A stretch of 64,000 nucleotides of DNA, taken from the NCBI RefSeq assembly GCF_009914755.1, contig NC_060933.1; one strand, written 5' to 3'. Positions 13,601 through 28,019 of this stretch are shown one piece after another. Under the pieces are notes generated by a model. That model was not told where the DNA came from and did not search any database. It saw only the letters and a list, made by a program, of their open reading frames with translations. Position 1 is the first letter of the stretch, and each line of letters opens with the position of its first letter. Source of the stretch: the human T2T-CHM13v2.0 reference genome, Homo sapiens. The translations under genes were made by a program, and so were the position numbers.

Positions 13601-15254
13601 AATCATCCGTAATGGAATGGAAAGGAATGGAATGGAATGGAATGGAATGGAATGGAATGGAATGGAATCAACTCGATTGCAATCGAATGGAATGGAGTGG
13701 AATTAACCCGAATAGAATGGAATGGAATGGAATGGAACGGAACGGAACGGAATGGAATGGAATGGAATGGAATGGAACGGAAAGGAAGGGAATGGGATGG
13801 AATAGAATGGAATGGAATGGAATCAACGCGAGTGCAGGGGAATGGAATGGAATGGAATGGAATGGAATGGAATGGAATGGAATGGAATCAACCCGAGTGC
13901 AATGGAATGGAGTGGAATGGAATGGAATGGAATGGAACAACCCGAATGGAATGGAATGTAATGGAGACTAAGGGAGTTGAATAGAATCAATCCGAATGTA
14001 ATGGAATGGAACGGAATGGAATGGAATGGAATGGAATGGAATGGAATGGAATGCAATGGAATGGAATCAACCCGAGTACAATGGAACGGAATGGAATGGA
14101 ATGGAATGTAATGGAATGGAATGGAATGGAATGGAATGGAATGGAATGGAATGGAATCAACCCGAGTGCAATGGAATGGAGAGGAATGGAATGGAATGGA
14201 ATGGAAACTACCCGAATGGAATGGAATGTAATGGAGCGTAAGGGAATTGAATAGAATCAATCCGAATGGAATGGAATGGAATGGAACGGAATGTAATGGA
14301 ATGGAATGAAATGGAATCAACCCGAGTGCAGGCGAATGGAATGGAATGGAATGCAATGGAATGGAATCATCCGGAATGGAATGGAATGGAATGCAATGGA
14401 ATGGAATGGAATGGAATCAACCCGAGTGCAATGGAATGGAGTGAAATGGAATGGAATGGAATGGAAACAACCAGAATGGATTGGAATATATTGGAGTGTA
14501 AGGGAATTGAATAGAATCAATCTGAATGTAATGAAATGGAATGGAACGGAATGGAATGGAATGGAATGGAATGCAATGGAATGGTATCAACCCGAGTGCA
14601 ATCGAATGGAATCGAATGGAATGGAATGCAATGGAATGGATTCAACTTGAATGGAAAGGAAAGAATGGAATCAACACGAGTGCAATGGCATGGATTGGAA
14701 TGGAATGGAATGGAATCAACCCGAGTACAGGGGAATGGAATAGAATGGAATGCAATAGAATGGAATCATCAGTAATGGAATGGAAAGGAATGCAAAGGAC
14801 TGGAATGGAATGGAATGGAATGGAATGGAATGGAATCAACTCGATTGCAATCGAAAGTATGGAATGGAATGGAATCAACTCGATTGCAATCGAATGGAAT
14901 GGAATGGAATTAACCCGAATAGAATGGAATGGAATGGTATGGAACGGAACGGAATGGAATGGAATGGAATGGAACGGAAAGGAATGGAATGGAATGGAAT
15001 GAATGGAATGGAATGGAATGGAATGGAATCAACGCGCGTGCAGGGGAATGGAATGGAATCGAATGGAATGGAAAGGAATGGAATGGAATCAACCCGAGTG
15101 CAGGGGAATGTAATGGAACGGAATGCAATGGAATGGAATCATCCGGAATGGAATGGAATGGAATCAACCCGAGTGCAATGGAATGGAGTGGAATGGAATG
15201 GAATGGAATGGAACAACCCGAATGGAATGGAATGTAATGGAGAGTAAGGGAGTT
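7621..15254 (+). repeat. ~7.6 kb higher-order repeat, copy 2 (7634 bp)
   Basis: Same marker order as 1-7620; ORF track repeats identical peptides (9..197, 7629..7817, 15263..15451). Confidence 0.95.
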
Positions 15255-18200
15255 GAAAAGAATCAATCCGAATGTAATGGAATGGAATGGAACGGAATGG
15301 AATGGAATGGAATGGAATGCAATGGAATGGAATCAACCCGAGTACAATGGAATGGAATGGAATGGAATGGAATGGAATGGAATGGAATGCAATGGAATGG
15401 AATCTTCCGGAATGGAATGGAATGGAATGGAATGGAATGCAATGGATTCAACTAGATTGCAATGGAATGGAATAGAATGGAATGGAATGGAATGGAATGG
15501 AATGGAATGGAATTAAACCGAATAGAATGGAATGGAATGGAATGGAACGGAACAGAACGGAAAGGAACGGAACGGAGTGGAATGGAATGGAATGGAATTG
15601 TATGGAATGGAATGGAATGGTACGGAATAGAATGGAATGGAAAGAATTGGAATGGAATGGAATCGAATGGAATGGAATGGAATGGAATGGAATCAACCCG
15701 AGTGCAAGGGAGTGTAATGGAACGGAATGCAATGGAATGGAATCATCCGGAATGGAATGGAATGGAATGGAGTGGAATGGAATGGAATGGAATGGAACAA
15801 CCCGAATGGAATGGAATGGAATGGAGAGTAAGCGAGCTGAATAGAATCAATCCGAATGTAATAGAATGGAACGGAATGGAATGGAATGGAATGGAATGGA
15901 ATGGAATGGAATGGAATGGAATGGAATGCAATGGAATGGAATCAACCCGAGTACAAAGGAAAGGAATGGAATGTAATGGAATGGAATGGAATGGAATGGA
16001 ATGGAATGGAATGGAATGGAATCAACCCGAGTGCAATGGAATGGAGAGGAATGGAATGGAATGGAATGCAATGGAATGGAATCATCCGGAATGGAATGGA
16101 ATGGAATGGAATGCAAACCAATGGAATCAACTCGATTGCAATGGAATGGAATGGAATGGAAAGGAATACATTGGAATCAACCCGAGTGGAATGGAATGGA
16201 AAGGACTGGAATGGAGTGGAATGGAATGGAATGGAATGGAATGGAATCAACTCGATTGGAATGGAATGGAATGGAATGGAATGGAATGGAATGGAATGGA
16301 ATGGAATGGAATCAACCCGAGTTCAATGGAATGGAGAGGAATGGAATGGAATGGAATGGAAACTACCCGAATGGAATGGAATGTAATGGAGTCTAAGGGA
16401 ATTGAATAGAATCAATCCGAATGTAATGGAATGGAATGGAACGGAATGGAATGGAATGGAATGGAATGGAATGGAATGCAGTGGAATGGAATCAACCCGA
16501 GTGCAATCGAATGGAATCGAATGGAATGGAATGCAATGGAATGGATTCAACTTGAATGGAATGGAAAGAATGGAATCAACACGAGTGGAATGGCATGGAT
16601 TGGAATGGAATGGAATGGAATCAACCCGAGTACAGCGGAATGGAATGGAATGGAATGCAATGGAATGGAATCATCCATAATGGAATGGAAAGGAATGGAA
16701 TGGAATGGAATGGAATGGAATGGAATGGAATCAACTCGATTGCAATCGAATGGAATGGAGTGGAATTAACCCGAATAGAATGGAATGGAATGGAATGGAA
16801 CGGAACGGAACGGAATGGAATGGAATGGAATGGAATGGAACGGAAAGGAAGGGAATGGAATGGAATAGAATGGAATGGAATGGAATCAACGCGAGTGCAG
16901 GGGAATGGAATGGAATGGAATGCAATGGAATGGAATCTTCCGGAATGGAATGGAATGGAATGGAATGGAATTGAATGGAATCAACCCGATTGCAATGGAA
17001 TGGAGTGGAATGGAATGGAATGGAATGGAACAACCCGAATGGAATGGAATGTAATGGAGAGTAAGGGAGTTGAATAGAATCAATCCGAATGTAATGGAAT
17101 GGAATGGAACGGAATGGAATTGAATGGAATGGAATGGAATGCAATGGAATGGAATCAACCCGAGTGCAATGGAATGGAGAGGAATGGAATGGAATGCAAT
17201 GGAAACTACCCGAATGGAATGTAATGGAGTGTAAGGGAATTGAATAGAATCAATCCGAATGTAATGGAATGGAATGGAACGGAATGGAATGGAATGGAAT
17301 GGAATGGAATGTAATGGAATGCAATGGAATGGAATCAACCCGAGTGCAATCAAATGGAATCGAATGGAATGGAATGCAATGGAATGGATTCAACTTGAAT
17401 GGAATGGAAAGAATGGAATCAACACGAGTGGAATGGCATGGATTGGAATGGAATGGAATGGAATCAACCCGAGTACAGGGGAATGGAATGGAATGGAATG
17501 CAATGGAATGGAATCAACCGTAATGGAATGGAAAGGAATGGAATGGAATGGAATGGAATGGAATGGAATGGAATGGAATGGAATCAACTCGATTGCAATC
17601 GAATGGAATGGAATGGAATTAACCCGAATAGAATGGAATGGAATGGAATGGAACGGAATGGAATGGAATGGAATGGAATGGAATGGAACGGAACGGAACG
17701 GAATGGAATGGAATGGAATGGAATGGAATCAACGCGAGTGCAGGGGAATGGAATGGAATGGAATGCAATGGAATGGAATCTTCCGGAATGGAATGAAATG
17801 GAATGGAATGGAATGAAATGCAATGGATTCAACTCGATTGCAATGGAATGGAATAGAATGGAATGGAATGGAATGGAATGGAATTAATCCGAATAGAATG
17901 GAATGGAATGCAATGGAATGGAATGGAACGGAATGGAATGGAATGGAATGGAATAGAATGGAATTGTATGGAATGGAATGGAATGGTACGGAATAGAATG
18001 GAATGGAACGAATTGTAATGGAATGGAATTGAATGGAATGGAATGGAACGGAATGGAATCAACGTGAGTGCAGGGGAATGTAATGGAAAGGAATGCAATG
18101 GAATGGAATCATCCGGAATGGAATGGAATGGAATGGAATGGAATGGAATCAACCCGAGTGCAATGGAATGGAGTGGAATGGAATGGAATGGAATGGAACA

Positions 18201-19888
18201 ACCAGAATGGAATGGAATGTAATGGAGAGTAAGGGAGTTGAATAGAATCAATCCGAATGTAATGGAATGGAATGCAACGGAATGGAATGGAATGGAATGG
18301 AATGGAATGGAATGCAATGGAATTGAATCAACCCGAGCACAGTGGAATGGAATGGAATGGAATGGAATGGAATGGAATGGAATGGAATGGAATGGAATGA
18401 TACGGAATAGAATGGAATGGAACGAAATGGAATGGAATTGAATGGAATGGAATGGAATGGAATGGAATGGAATCAACCCGAGTGCAGGGGAATGGAATGG
18501 AATGGAATGCAAAGAATGGAATCATCCGGAATGGAATGGAATGGAATGGAATGCAAAGCAATGGAATCAACTCGATTGCAATGGAATGGAATGGAATGGA
18601 AAGGAATACATTGGAATCAACCCGAGTGGAATGGAAAGGAAAGGACTGGAATGGAGTGGAATGGAATGGCATGGAATGGAATGGAATCAACTCGATTGGA
18701 ATGGAATGGAATGGAATGGAATTAACCCGAATAGAATGGAATGGAATGGAATGGAACGGAACGGAATGGAATGGAATGGAATGGAATGGAATGGAATGGA
18801 ATGGAATGGAATGGAATCAACCCGACTGCAGGGGAATGGAATGGAATGGAAGGCAATGGAATGGATTCAACTTGAATGGAATGGAAAGAATGGAATCAAC
18901 ACGAGTGGAATGGCATGGATTGGAATGGAATGGAATGGAATCAACCCGAGTACAGGGGAATGGAATGGAATGGAATGCAATGGAATGGCATCATCCGTAA
19001 TGGAATGGAAAGGAATGGAATGGAATGGAATGGAATGGAATGGAATGGAATGGAATGGAATCAACGCGAGTCCAGGGGAATGTAATGGAAAGGAATGCAA
19101 TGGAATGGAATCATCCGGAATGGAATGGAATGGAATGGAATGGAATGGAATCAACCCGAGTGCAATGGAATGGAGTGGAATGGAATGGAATGGAATGGAA
19201 CAACCAGAATGGAATGGAATGTAATGGAGAGTAAGGGAGTTGAATAGAATCAATCCGAATGTAATGCAATGGAATGCAACGGAATGGAATGGAATGGAAT
19301 GGAATGGAATGCAATGGAATTGAATCAACCCGAGTACAATGGAATGGAATGGAATGGAATGGAATGGAATGGAACGGAATGGAATGGAATGGAATGGAAT
19401 GGAATGGAATCAACACGAGTGCAGGGGAATGGAATGGAAAGGAATGCAATGGAATCGAATCATCCGGAATGGAATGGAATGGAATGCAATGGAATGGAAT
19501 GGAATGGAATCAACCCGAGTGCAATGGAATGGAGTGAAATGGAATGGAATGGAATGGAAACAACCAGAATGGATTGGAATATAATGGAGTGTAAGGGAAT
19601 TGAATAGAATCAATCTGAATGTAATGAAATGGAAAGGAACGGAATGGAATGGAATGGAATGGAATGGAATGGAATGCAATGGAATGGAATCAACCCGAGT
19701 GCAATCGAATGGAATCGAATGGAATGGAATGCAATGGAATGGATTCAACTTGAATGGAATGGAAAGAATGGAATCAACACGAGTGGAATGGCATGGATTG
19801 GAATGGAATGGAATGGAATCAACCCGTGTACAGGGGAATGGAATGGAATGGAATGCAATGGAATGGAATCATCCGGAATGGAATGGAA
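15255..19888 (+). repeat. ~7.6 kb higher-order repeat, partial copy 3
   Basis: Colinear with 1-4616 through CCCGTGTACAGGGG...ATCATCCGGAATGGAATGGAA; diverges at 19889 (AAAGG rather than running on to the GCAAAGC module). Confidence 0.92.
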
Positions 19889-22800
19889 AGGAATGGAATG
19901 GAATGGAATGGAATGGAATGGAATGGAATGGAATGGAATCAACTCGAATGCAATCGAATGGAATGGAATGGAATTAACCCGAATAGAATGGAATGGAATG
20001 GAATGGAACGGAACGGAATGGAATGGAATGGAATGGAACGGAACGGAACGGAATGGAATGGAATGGAATGGAATGGAATGGAATAAACGCGAGTGCAGGG
20101 GAATGGAATGGAATGGAATGCAATGGAATGGAATCTTCCGGAATGGAATGGAATGGAATGGAATGGAATGGAATGAAATGCAATGGATTCAACTCGATTG
20201 CAATGGAATGGAATAGAATGGAATGGAATGGAATGGAATGGAATGGAATGGAATGGAATTAACCCGAATAGAATGGAATGGAACGGAATGGAACGGAATG
20301 GAATGGAATGGAATGGAATGGAATGGTATGGAATGGAATGGAATGGTACGGAATAGAATGGAATGGAACGAATTGTAATGGAATGGAATTGAATGGAATG
20401 GAATGGAATGGAATGGAATCAACGCGAGTTCAGGGGAATGTAATGGAACGGAATGCAACGGAATGGAATCATCCGGAATGGAATGGAATGGAATGGAATG
20501 GAATGGAATGGAATCAACCCGAATGGAATGGAATGTAATGGACAGTAAGGGAGTTGAATAGAATCAATCCGAATGTAATGGAATGGAATGCAACGGAATG
20601 GAATGGAATGGAATGGAATGGAATGCAATGGAATGGAATCAACCCGAGTACAATGGAATGGAATGGAATGGAATGGAATGGAATGGAATGGAATGAAATG
20701 TAATGGAATGGAATGGAATGATACGGAAAAGAATGGAATGGAACGAAATGGAATGGAATGGAATGGAATGGAATGGAATGGAATGGAATGGAATCGTTCC
20801 GAGTGGAATAGGAGGGAATGTATTCGAGTGGAATGGGAAGAGTGGAATCAACCAGAGTGGAATGGAACGGAATGGAATGGAATGGAAACTAATATAATGG
20901 AATCAACCCGAGTGGAATGGAATGGAAAGGACTGGAATGGAATGGAATGGAATGGAATCAACTCAATTGTAATGGAATGGAATGGAATGGAATGGAATTA
21001 ACCTGAATACAATGCAATGGAATGGAATGGAACGGAATGGAGAGGAATGGAATGGAATCAACCCGAGTGCAGGGGAATGGAATGGAATGGAATGCAATGG
21101 AATGGAATCATCCGGAATGGAATGGAATGGAATGGAATGCAAAGCAATGGAATCAACTCGATTGCAGTGGAATGGAATGGAATGGAAAGGAATACATTGG
21201 AATCAACCCGAGTGGAATGGAATGGAAAGGACTGGAATGGAGTGGAATGGAATGGAATGGAATGGAATGGAATCAACTCGATTGGAATGGAATGGAATGG
21301 AATGGAATGGAATTAACCCGAATAGAATGCAATGGAATGGAATGGAACGGAACGGAATGGAATGGAATGGAATGGAATGGAATGGAATGGAAACAACCCG
21401 ACTGCAGGGGAATGGAATGGAATGGAATGGAATGCAATGGAATGGATTCAACTTGAATGGAATGGAAAGAATGGAATCAACACGAGTGGAATGGCATGGA
21501 TTGGAATGGAATGGAATGGAATCAACCCGAGTACAGGGGAATGGAATGGAATGGAACGCAATGGAATGGAATCATCCGTAATGGAATGGAAAGGAATGGA
21601 ATGGAATGGAATGGAATGGAATAAACTCGTTGGCAATCGAATGGAATGGAATGGAATTAACCCGAATAGAATGGAATGGAATGGAATGGAACGGAACGGA
21701 ACGGAATGGAATGGATTGGAATGGAATGGAATGGAATGGAATGGAACGGAAAGGAATGGAATAGAATGGAATGGAATGGAATGGAATGTAATCAACGCGA
21801 ATGCAGGGGAATGGAATGGAATGGAATGCAATGGAATGGAATCTTCCGGAATGGAATGGAATGGAATGGAATGGAATGGAATGGAATGGAATGGAATAAA
21901 CCCGAGTGCAATGGAATGGAGTGGAATGGAATGGAATGGAATGGAATGGAATGGAATGGAATGGAATGGTTCGGAATAGAATGGATTGGAACAAAATGGA
22001 ATGGAATGGAATGGAATCAAGTCGATTGCAATAGAATGGAATGGAATGGAATGGAACGGATTGGAATGGAATGGAATGGAATGGAATGGAATTAAATGGA
22101 ATGGAATGGAATGGAATCAACCCGAGTGCAGGGGAATGGAATGGAATGGAATGCAATGGAATGGAATGGAATGGAATGGAATGGAATGGAATGGAATGGA
22201 ATCAACGCGAGTGGAATGGCATGGAATGGAATGCAATGGAATGGCATGGAATGGAATCAACTCGAGTGGAAAGGAATGGAATGGAATGGAATGGAATGGA
22301 ATGAAATCAACTCGAGTGGAATGGAATGGAATGGAATGGATTGGAATGGATTGCAATGGAATGAAATGGAATGGAATGGAATGGAATCAATCATTGCGAG
22401 TGAAATGGAAGGGAATGTAATGGAGTGGAAAGAAGGGAATGGAATCAACCCGAGTGGAATGCAAGGCAATGGAATGGAATGGAAAGGAATGGAATGGAAT
22501 CAACTCGATTGCAATGGAATTGAATGGAATGGAATGGAATGGAAAGGAATGGAATGGAATGAAATGGAATGGAATGGAATGGAATGCAATGGAATGGAAT
22601 CAACCCGAGTGCAATCGAATGGAATCGAATGGAATGGAATGCTATGGAATGGATTCAACTTGAATGGAATGGAAAGAATGGAATCAACACGAGTGGAATG
22701 GCATGGATTGGAATGGAATGGAATGGAATCAACCCGAATACAGGGGAATGGAATGCAATGGAATGGAATCATCCGTAATGGAATGGAATGGAATGGAATG

Positions 22801-24019
22801 GAATGGAATGGAATGGAATCAACTCGATTGCAATCGAATGAAATGGAATGGAATTAACCCGAATAGAATGGAATGGAATGGATTGGAACGGAACGGAACG
22901 GAATGGAATGGAATGGAATGGAATGGAACGGAAAGGAATGGAATGGAATGGAATGGAATGGAATGGAATGGAATGGAATGGAATCAACGCGAGTGCAGGG
23001 GAATGGAATGTAATGGAATGCAATGGAATGGAATCTTCCGGAATGGAATGGAATGGAATGGAATCAACCTGAGTGCAATGGAATGAAGTGGAATGGAATG
23101 GAATGGAATGGAACAACCCGAATGGAATGGAATGTAATGGAGAGTAAGGGAGTTGAATAGAATCAATCCGAATGTAATGGAATGGAATGGAACGGAATGG
23201 AATGGAATGAAATAGAATGGAATGCAATGGAATGGAATCAACCCGAGTGCAATGGAATGGAGAGGAATGGAATGGAATGGAATGGAAACTACCCCAATGG
23301 AATGGAATGGAATGGAGTGTAAGGGAATTGAATAGAATCAATCCGAATGTAATGGAATGGAATGGAATGGAATGCAATGGAATGGAATCAACCCGAGTGC
23401 AATCGAATGGAATCGAATGGAATGGAATGCAATGGAATGGATTCAACTTGAATGGAATGGAAAGAATGGAATCAACACGAGTGGAATGGCATGTATTGGA
23501 ATGGAATGGAATGGAATCAACCCGAGTACAGGGGAATGGAATGGAATGGAATGCAATGGAATGGAATCATCCGTAATGGAACGGAAAGGAATGGAATGGA
23601 ATGGAATGGAATGGAATGGAATGGAATGGAATCAACTCGATTGCAATCGAATGGAATGGAATGGAATTAACCCGAATAGAATGGAATGGACTGGAATGGA
23701 ACGGAACGGAATGGAATGGAATGGAATGGAATGGAATGGAACGGAATGGAATGGAATGGAATGGAATAGAATCAACGCGAGTGCAGGGGAATGCAATGGA
23801 ATGGAATGCAATGGAATGGAATCTTCCGGAATGGAATGGAATGGAATGGAATGAAATGCAATGGATTCAACTCGATTGCAATGGAATGGAATAGAATGGA
23901 ATGGAATGGAATGGAATGGAATTAATCCGAATAGAATGGAATGGAATGGAATGGAACGGAATGGAACGGAATGGAATGGAATGGAATGGAATGGAATGGA
24001 ATGGAATGGAATGGAATGG

Positions 24020-27000
24020 AATCAACCCGAGTGCAGGGGAATGGAATGGAATGGAATGTCATGGAATGCAATCATCCGGAATGGAATGGAATGGAATGGA
24101 ATGGAGTGGAATTGAATGGAATGGAATCAACTCGATTGCAATGGAGTGGAATGGAATGGAAAGGAATGGAAGGGAATGGAATGGAATGGAATCAACCCGA
24201 GTGCAGGGGAATGGAATGGAATGGAATGCAATGGAATGGAATCATCCGGAATGGAATGGAATGGAATGGAATGGAATGCAATCAACCCGATGCAATGGAA
24301 TGGAGTGGAATGGAATGGAATGGAATGGAAACTTCCCGAATGGAATGTAATGTAATGGAGTGTAAGGGAATTGAATAGAATAAATCCGAATGTAATGGAA
24401 TGGAATGGAATGAAATGGAATGGAATGGAATGGAATGGAATCAACCAGAGTGCAATGGAATGGATTCGAATGGAATGGAATGGAATGGAATGGATTCAAC
24501 AAGAATGGAATGGAAAGGAATGGAATCAACCCGAGTGTAATGGCATGGAATGGAATGGAATGGAATGGAATGGGATGGAATGGAATGGTACGGAATAGAA
24601 TGGAATGGAATGAAATGGAATGGAATGGAATTTAATGGAATGGAATGGAATGAACCCGTGTGCAATGGAATGGAATGGAATGGAATGGAATGTATTCAAC
24701 TCGAATGGAATCAACTGGATTGTAATGGAATGGAATGGAATGGAAAGGAATAGAATGGAATCAACCCAAGTGGAATGGAAAGGAAAGGACTGGAATGGAG
24801 TGGAATGGAATGGAATGGAATGGAATCAAATCGATTGGAATGGAATGGAAAGGAATGGAATGGAATGGAATGGAATGGAATCAACTCGATTGGAATGGAA
24901 TGGAATGGAATGGAATGGAATGGAATGGAATGGAATTAACCTGAATAGAATGGAATGGAATGGAATGGAACGGAATGTAATGGAATGAAATGGAATGGAA
25001 TCAATACGAGTGCAGGGGAATGGAATGGAATGGAATGCAATGGAATGGAATCATCCGGAATGGAATGGATTGGAATGGAATGCAATCAACCCGATGCAAT
25101 GGAATGGAGTGGAATGGAATGGAATGGAATAGAATGGAAACATCCCGAATGGAATGGAATGTAATGGAGTGTAAGGGAATTGAATAGAATCAATCCGAAT
25201 GTAATGGAATGGAATGGAATGAAATGGAATGGAATGGAATGGAATGGAATCAACCCGAGTGCAATGGAATGGATTCGAATGGAATGGAATGGAATGGAAT
25301 GGATTCAACAAGAATGGAATGCAAAGGAATGGAATCAACCCGAGTGTAATGGCATGGAATGGAATGGAATGGAATGCAATGGGATGGAATGGAATGGAAT
25401 GGAATGGAATGGGATGGAATGGAATGGTACGGAATAGAATGGAATGGAATGAAATGGAATGGAATGGAATTAAATGGAATGGAATGGAATGAACCCGTGT
25501 GCAATGTAATAGAATGAAATGGAATGGAATGGATTCAACTCGAATGGAATCAACTCGATTGCAATGGAATGGATTGGAATGGAAAGGAATAGAATGGAAT
25601 CAACCAGAGTGGAATGGAATGCAAAGGACTGGAATGGAGTGGAATGGAATGGAATGGAATGGAATGGAATCAACTCGATTGGAATGGAATGGAATGGAAT
25701 GGAATGGAATTAACCAGAATAGAATGGAATGGAATGGAATGGAATGGAACGGAACAGAACGGAGTGGAATGGAATGGAATGGAATGGAATCAACCCGACT
25801 GCACGGGAATGGAATGGAATGGAATGCAATGGAATGGAATCATCCGGAACGGAATGGAATGGAATGGAATGGAATCAACTCGATTGCAATGGAATGGAAT
25901 GGAATGGAATGGAATGGAATGGAATGGAGTTGAATGGAATGGAATTAACCCGAATAGAATGGAATGGAATGGAATGGTAAGGAATGGAAGGGAATGGAAT
26001 GGAATGTAATCAACCCGAGTGCAGGGGAATGGAATGGAATTGAATTCAATGGAATGGAATCATACGGAATGGAATGGAATGGAATGGAATGGAATGGAAT
26101 GGAATGGAATGATCCCGATGCAATGGAATGGAATGGAATGGAATGGAATGGAATGGAATGGAATGGAAACATCCCGAATGGAATGGAATGTAATGGAGTG
26201 TAAGGCAATTGAATAGAATCAGTCCGAATGAAATGGAAGGGAATGGAATGAAATGGAATGGAATGGAATGGAATGGATCAAACCGAGTGCAATGGAATGG
26301 ATTCGAATGGAATGGAATGGATTCGAATATAATGGAATGGAATGGAATGGATTCAACAAGAATGGAATGGAAAGGAATGGAATCAACCCGAGTGTAATGG
26401 CATGCAATGGAATGGAATGGAACGGGATGGAATGGAATGGTACGGAATAGAATGGAATGGAATGAAATGGAATGGAATGGAATGGAATGGAATGGAATGG
26501 AATGAACCCGTGTGCAATGGAATGGAATGGAATGGAATGGAATGGATTCATCTCGAAACGAATCAACTCGATTGCAATGGAATGGAATGGAATGGAAAGG
26601 AATAGACTGGAATCAACCCGAGTGGAATGGAATGGAAAGGACTGGAATGGAGTGGAATGGAATGGAATGGAATGGAATCAAATCGATTGGAATGGAATGG
26701 AATGGAATGGAATGGAATGGAATCAACTCGATTGCAATGGAATGGAATGGAATGGAATTTTAATGGAATGGAATGGAATTAACCCGAATAGAATGGAATG
26801 GAATGGAATGGAACGGAATGTAATGGAATGAAATGGAATGGAATCAACCCGAGTGCAGGGGAATGGAATGGAATGGAATGCAATGGAATGCAATCATCCG
26901 GAATGGAATGGAATGGAATGGAATGGAATGGAATGGAATCAACTCGATTGCAATGGAGTGGAATGGAATGGAAATGAATGGAAGGGAATGGAATGGAATG

Positions 27001-27800
27001 TAATCAACCCGAGTGCAGGGGAATGGAATGGAATGGAATGCAATGGAATGGAATCATCCGGAATGGAATGGAATGGAATGGAATGCAATCAACCCAATGC
27101 AATGGAATGGAGTGGAATGGAATGGAATGGAATGGAATGGAAACATCCCGAATGGAATGGAATGTAATGGAGTGTAAGGGAATTGAATAGAATAAATCCG
27201 AATGTAATGGAATGGAATGGAATGAAATGGAATGGAGTGGAATGGAATGGAATCAACCCGAGTGCAATGGAATGGATTCGAATGGAATGGAATGGAATGG
27301 AATGGATTCAACAAGAATGGAATGGAAAGGAATGGAATCAACCCGAGTGTAATGGCATGGAATGGAATGGAATGGAATGGAATGGGATGCAATGGAATGG
27401 TACGGAATAGAATGGAATGGAATGGAATGGAATGAAATGGAGTGGAATGGAATTTAATGGAATGGAATGGAATGAACCTGTGTGCAATGTAATGGAATGG
27501 AATGGAATGGAATGGATTCAACTCGAATGGAATCAACCCGATTGCAATGGAATGGAATGGAATGGAAAGGAATAGAAAGGAATCAACCCGAGTGGAATGG
27601 AATGGAAAAGACTGGAATGGAGTGGAATGGAATGGAATGGAATTAACCCGAATAGAATGGAATGGAACGGAATGGAACGGAATGGAATGGAATGGAATGG
27701 AATGGAATGGATTCAACCCGAGTGCAGGGGAATGGAATGGAATGGAATGCAATGGAATGGAAACATCCGGAATGGAATGGAATTGAATGGAATGGAATGG
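24020..27800 (+). repeat. Distinct HSat3 sub-domain: four diverged copies of a ~0.8-1.05 kb unit
   Basis: GGATTCAACAAGAATGG at 24492, 25301, 26349, 27304, each with CCC(G/A)ATGCAAT, GGAAAC(A/T)TCCCG, GGATTCGAATGG, CCCGAGTGTAATGGCATG and GAACC(C/T)GTGTGCAAT, which I did not see elsewhere in the window. Confidence 0.85.
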
Positions 27801-28019
27801 AATGGAATGGAATCAACTCGATTTCAATGGAATGGATTGGAATAGAATGGAATGGAATTAACACGAATAGAATGGAATGGAATTGAATGGAATGGAATGG
27901 AACGGAAAGGAATGGAATGGAATGGAATGGAATGGAATCAACCCAAGTGCAGGGGAATGGAATGGAATGGAATTCAATGGAATGGAATCATCCGGAATGG
28001 AATGGAATGGAATGGAATG

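Noticed and set aside
1-19888. Identification as Y-chromosome DYZ1 or as HSat2
   Set aside because: The period is ~7.6 kb rather than 3.6 kb, and the CATTCGATTC/GATGAT-dominated pattern of HSat2 is absent.
20809-20820. AGGAGG followed by ATG, resembling a Shine-Dalgarno site
   Set aside because: Eukaryotic satellite context; chance match in a purine-rich strand where ATG occurs every 5 bp.
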